From: the human T2T-CHM13v2.0 reference genome, Homo sapiens
DNA: 64,000 bases
Strand: one strand, 5' to 3'
Assembly: GCF_009914755.1 (NCBI RefSeq)
Contig: NC_060943.1
Shown here: one piece after another, positions 58,741-64,000 of the stretch
How the letters are laid out: the number at the start of each line of letters is the position of its first letter
Position numbering within the stretch: position 1 is the first letter of the stretch
The notes under the pieces: generated by a model
The model's database searches: none
Seen by the model: the letters and a program-made list of their open reading frames with translations, nothing else
What the model was told of the DNA's origin: nothing
Made by a program: the position numbers and the translations under genes

Positions 58741-61441
58741 ACCTGTTATATGGCAATCGTAGCAGCTGTGGTTGTAATATAGTAGTATTGTGGTAATACT
58801 AATAGTAGTTGTCACTGTAGTCGTGGTTGCTAGGTCAAGAGCAGGGAGTTTTCTTCACCCCACAGCACTGGGCTTGCCATGCAGTATTTGCAAGCAGCTC
58901 CTCTGTTCACGGTCCATCTGCATAAGGCCTCCCATGGTGCAGTGAGTGTGTGAGGCCAGACCTTTAGAGATCACAGCCTCAAGTTTTGTTTGTCTCATTC
59001 TGGCTATGCGAGAACATGCTGCACCCAAATATGCAATTTGCAAATTCTGGCCTAGGTTTGCTGCTGTTCATTTCATTTTCCAGAAAGTTTTTACATCCCT
59101 TTCAGCTGCTGTATGGTTTTCCTGTGTGGAGGACTGGTCAGAGTATGTTTTCTTCCATTCAGCGGCTGTAAATCCCACCCTGGATGTGGCCTGGGGAGGC
59201 TGGACCTCTGCCTCTCTGCACCTCCTCTTTGGACCATTCCCTTTCCCTTGGATTTCTCTTTGGTCACAGGAGGTACGATAGGTCGCTGGCCTTCTGCAAC
59301 CCCACTCAGGAGAGGGATCCTGAGGCCCCGGCTTCAGAGAAAATTCCATAATCAACTAGACTGAGTGATGTGTTTAGGAGGCCAAGGCTGATACTAACTA
59401 TAATTCACATTCCCCGGGCACTCTGCTCCGTAATAAAGCCTGGATGTCAGATAGCCCGGCCAAGAGCTAACATACCTGTTTGAACTAGTCTTGTGCCAAT
59501 AGAAACACGTCAGAGAAGAAAAACATTTAGCCAACTGTCTGATGCAAATGGGTTCTTTTCAGCCAAATGAAGAAGGATTGCCTAGACAGGGGCATATGGG
59601 TATGTTAAATGTTAATACATAATAAAGCATCACACCTCTTTCCTTTGGTGTTCACAAGGTAACGTCCCATAAATAAATAGAGTGACGAGCTTTTAGACCC
59701 TCCCTGAGCCACCCAAAGCCAGAAGGAAACTGGGTGGGCCCCTTCTCCATCATGCTACCACACGGGGTACCCACTCCAGGATGTTTATGCACCCGGTGTC
59801 AGAATATAAAAATGTTTAGCCCTTTCCGTGTGGAATTAAGAGGTATGAATTTGTAAGTGACTCTGTTTAATCAAAACCTCCATTGAAACACCATTTAGCC
59901 CAAACCCTATCAGTGAATTTCAAAATACAGATTTTGCTGGTAAAATAGCCCCGTGTTGCCGTTTCCTCGTCAAATATGTATTTAGCCCCCCGAGAATCCT
60001 TTTTACTAAGCCGGCAGCTCCAGCATGCACAATGGTTTAATCGTATATTGTTCTCTGAGTACCAACCCTTTACAAATCATATGACATAAAAAGAAAAATA
60101 AGTAACATTGTAAAGACAGTAATGAGAACTGTTGAGCTAAAGTGCCTCTTAAAGAAATCCTAATAAATTCCAGAATTTCTAGTCTTCTGGCAAGCTTTCC
60201 ATTTAGAACAAAATCAATGATCAATGGCTGCAACGAGCCAGCATTAGGCTTGCATGCCTCTGGAGCAGGGAAAACTCATAGACGAAAGATGACATTTAAG
60301 GAAAAAAAGCTGACATTGAGTCCATCACTGTCATCGCTTCTGCCATAAAGCAGCTTCAAATATTAAAACATTTTTCATCTGTGCTGCATTATTGGCACCA
60401 GAAATTGTTTTCTCTCTGTCTGGTGCGCACTTGAACTGCAGCAGCGCTCCCCGGAGACTCCGGATTGTTACTAAGGCCTCATAACATATTGGCAGTTGAC
60501 GTGGTGGTGTTCATGTACACTTGCCACTCACACGGAGCCTCCCCTCCCCCGGCCTGCACGCCAAGCCGGCTGCAAGGGGACCTGGGCTCTGTGGTTCAAA
60601 TGCGGGGGACAGCGGGTAGGCACATGCATGCTCTGTGATTTCTTTTTTGCAGTCTGCCTTTCCCTGGCCATGACCCCATCCTTGCCCCTGTCTGATGTCC
60701 AAGCTGCCCCTGCTGAGACAGACCTGGCCTCTTCTGGACAGCTCCAGTCACATAAGGACTCCATAGCTTGTGTGGGCTCAGAGCACTTTGGCTGCAGAGA
60801 GGAAAGTCTTTACCACTGGGCAGGTAGAAGCTGCTTTTCCTTTTGTACTCCTGGACCTAGCACTCTGCTTTATGGGCACTGTGGCCCCTGGGCTCTGTTT
60901 TATGATTCAGAGAAATAACGATGTCTCAGCTTCTGTTCCTGTCCTTACAGGACTCACTAGTTCGTGATGAAGATGGTGACACGCCCACCTGGAGAGATGT
61001 ACACGGTTTCCTTGGAGGAAGCCCACGGCCTGGAGTGAATCACTCAAGCAGAGTGTTCGCTGGGTGACTGGTGTCCCATGAGGGCACCAGGCGGATCACA
61101 TTGAATATAAAAGATGCTCCTTGGGGGCCCTCTTAGCTCTTGCCACATGGAACCCTGAGAAGGGCAGGGCACCTTGGGCTGGAAGGAAGATGCTGTCAGG
61201 GCGTGCACTTGTAGAAGAGGAGAGGCGCCACCAGGCAATTCCTGGGATTGCATGGTTTGCTGAGAGAATTGGGGCCGGGGACCTCGGGAGCCGTCACGCT
61301 TGTGTGGTCCTAGACATTCTCAATCACTCCCACCCTCGCCCTAAAACTTAGTCGGGATGCCCTTTTCTCTCTACGTGGGGACCCTGCTCTAGGGAAGAAG
61401 CTGTAGGGGGCTGGTGTGGCCGGGCTGTTTCTGCCTGTCTG

Positions 61442-61531
61442 CATCTTACATTTTACTTCTGGCAGGCACTTTTCCCAGGGACTGGAACTTCAGCCTCACT
61501 CCCTAAATTCTCAATTCTCCCAGAATCCCCA
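61442..61531 (+). repeat. Copy A of a dispersed local duplication
   Basis: 72/90 ungapped identity (manual count) to 63405-63494. Confidence 0.85.
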
Positions 61532-61779
61532 GCAACCAACCAAGGGGAGCTCCAGGGGCTGAGGGTCAGTGAGGCACAAATGGCAGGTGGATGGCAGGAT
61601 TCCTGGGTGTCCCAACCCACACCGCACCCATGTGGCCCTTGGGTCTCAGCACCTGCATACCCTGGCCAGCGTGGGGCCAGTGTGGGACCAGCATGGGGCC
61701 AGTGGGAACACAGCAGCAGGCCCAGTGCTTACTCCAACCTCAGGACTGGGCCTGGGGAGTGGCAGGTTGGACTCCTCCA

Positions 61780-62135
61780 GGAGGCACAGCACCTAGAACC
61801 CATGGTGCTTTCAGGGCATTGAATAAAAAATGTTTTCATCCAATTAAAACAGGAAGAGGCCAGGCCCAAAGGCCTGTAATCTCAGCATTCTGAGAGGCCA
61901 AGACAGGAGGATTGCTTGAGGCCAGGAGCTCAAGATCAGCCTGGGCAATATAGGGAGACCTCATCTTTACCAATAAATAAATAAATAAATAAAATGGGAA
62001 GAAAAAAATAAATTTTTAGAATCAAAGATGTGGTTTGTCATTACATCCATGTGGTTGTAAAATACAAGTTTGAGTTTTTGTTTTTCGGAGGAGGAAGAGG
62101 CTCACAAAGACTAAAGTGCTTAGGGCCTTGTAAGA
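61780..62135 (-). mobile_element. MER96B (hAT), split by a FLAM
   Basis: aggcacagcacctagaacccatg..ggttgtaaaatac..ggaggaagaggctcacaaagactaaagtgcttagggcc. Confidence 0.65.
61858..61994 (+). mobile_element. FLAM / Alu left monomer
   Basis: TSD aaaacaggaaga / aaaatgggaaga; (TAAA)n tail. Confidence 0.85.
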
Positions 62136-63008
62136 GGGGGCACATGGCCAGGGCTCAGTGGTTGGGGTAGGGGTCTCTGGAGCCTGGAGGTGGCCTCAGA
62201 GCTAAGGGACAGGTGCCCCCATGAAACACCCCAAGCTTAATTTGACTCCAGGCCACTGTGGCTTCTGAACTGATGCCTGGGCTCTCGGCATAGAAAGGGG
62301 GACTATGAGAGGGAGATCTGGGGTCCCTGTCCCTCCTCTGGTCACTCATTTCACTCAGTGGGTGGGTGGGGGTTTAAGGGAAGGAGGAAGTTCTATTCTG
62401 CAGACCCTCCAAGTACTGTGCACACATCTCCTGGATGCTGGGTCACCCAGCCCTGAATTCTGGGGAGCTGCTGTCCAGTAAAGAGATATAAGCAGTCCAT
62501 AAAAGACTGCAGTCCAGGGGGAAATGAAATGGATACATCAGAGGGACTGGGGTGAACCTGCTGGAGGCTGGAGTGATGGGGTGATCTGCAAGGAGGGGCC
62601 AGAGCAACTTATGAACCCAGGCATCCCCGACTGCCACGCCTGTCCTCCTTCCCAACACAGGAAGTCTTTGTGAGTTCGTCTGCTTGAGCCTTTGCTCTGG
62701 CCTCTCCCCCTTGGTCAGATGGCCCCTCGAAGGCCTCCGCCCTCTCAAAGAGCCCTTCCTCTAAGCCCATCTCAATGCCCCCCACTTAAAGAGTGCCCCA
62801 TTATCTCTAGCAGGGTCACTGGGATTGGTTCTACCACCAATACACTGGCAATCATTTTCTGATCTCTTAAATAGAACACACAGTCCCCAGTCCCAAGTGG
62901 CTGGTATACAGTGGGTGCTTAATACACAACAGCAATCTTGAGGAAGCTTTTAGAAATTAGCAGATGTAGACCTTCATACTGAGCTACTTTCTAACAACTT
63001 CTTAAGGA

Positions 63009-63313
63009 TTATTTTTTATTTATTATTCTTAGAGACAGGGTCTCACTCTATTGCCCAGATGAGTGCAGTGGTGCAATCGTGGCTCACTTCAGCCTTGACC
63101 TCCTGAGCTCAAGCCATCCTTCTGCCTCAGCCTTGTGAGGAGCTAGAACTATGGCTGTGTGCCACCACGCCCAGCTAATTTTGTTTGTTTGTGTAGAGGT
63201 GGGTGTCTCTTTTCTGTTGCCCAGGTTGGTCTTGAACTCCTGGCCTCAAGCAATCTTCCCTCCCCGATCTCCCAAAGTGCTAGGATTACAGGCACAAGCC
63301 ATGGTGCCTGGCT
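63009..63313 (-). mobile_element. AluJ
   Basis: Diverged reverse Alu. Confidence 0.9.
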
Positions 63314-63404
63314 GGAGCTACGTTTTAAGTCACTTTGCAGGGACCCTCTCTGCCCTGCCTGCTCTTGGAAGAGTGAGCAAGGGGCTTCTCCCCACCCCCA
63401 GGGC

Positions 63405-63494
63405 CACCTTACATTTTATTTATTGAGAGCACTTTTCCCTGGGACCAAAACTTCAGCATCACTCCCTAAACTCCTGACTGTCCCAGAATCCCCA
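63405..63494 (+). repeat. Copy B of the dispersed local duplication
   Basis: See 61442-61531. Confidence 0.85.
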
Positions 63495-63739
63495 TCCAGC
63501 ACCCTAGGAGCAATCCAGGAGCTCAGAATTCACTGTTATCCCGGTAGAGTGTGCATCTTTGCCTGTCAAGGTACGCCCCAACTCCAAGGTCTGCCACGCA
63601 CCCCCACCCCCAAACAGAGCAGAGCCACAGCCAGCAGGGTGGGAGGTGCAGGGAGGAGGAGCTCCTTTTCCATCTACTTCGGCCAACACACAGGGTTCAG
63701 GCAGGCCTGTGGACAAGGCGGAGGAACTCCCAGGCAGCC

Positions 63740-64000
63740 AGGCTGGCTTCGGCGTGTGGAGGCGGGAGGGGCACAGCCAGGTGCGAGGGAAGGCTGGCAT
63801 CTGGCGCCCACTGCCTGCCCACCCGCCCGCCCGCCCGCCCAAGTAGGTCTGGGCTTCCCTGCCTTTAATAACCATCCCCACCGCAGAGGAACGGAAGCTA
63901 GAAACACACCGGCTTTGGCATTTCAGGCGAGTCGAGGGTGGATTATCAGGGCATTTAGAAGAAGGGGAAGGGAAGAAAAAGAGCGCTGGAGACCGGGAGA
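63740..64000. promoter_or_regulatory. GC/CpG-rising edge with tandem GC boxes (possible promoter or CpG-island shore)
   Basis: (CCCG)n array at 63818-63840, CGGAAG ETS core near 63892, increased CpG. Confidence 0.4.

Overview
Primate (human-like) non-coding genomic DNA. I recognise no protein-coding exon, tRNA/rRNA gene or CRISPR array. The listed ORFs are translations of Alu, L1 or microsatellite sequence, or chance ORFs. Much of the window is interspersed repeat: about 20 Alu/FLAM/FRAM copies, many MIR and L2 fragments, two L1 3' fragments, MaLR/ERVL LTRs including a triple-nested LTR, and DNA transposons (Tigger3, MER58A/B, MER96B, a solo Hsmar1/MADE1 TIR). Between the repeats are several repeat-free blocks rich in homeodomain, PBX/MEIS, FOX and T-box motifs, resembling the enhancer landscape of a gene desert or large intron near a developmental regulator (inference; the locus cannot be named from sequence alone). 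The most concrete unusual observations are several local template-copying scars, an old dispersed duplicate of unique sequence, and candidate non-coding exons on the minus strand. I see no evidence of a new multi-gene system. Repeat subfamily calls come from remembered consensus sequences, not a RepeatMasker run, and boundaries are approximate.
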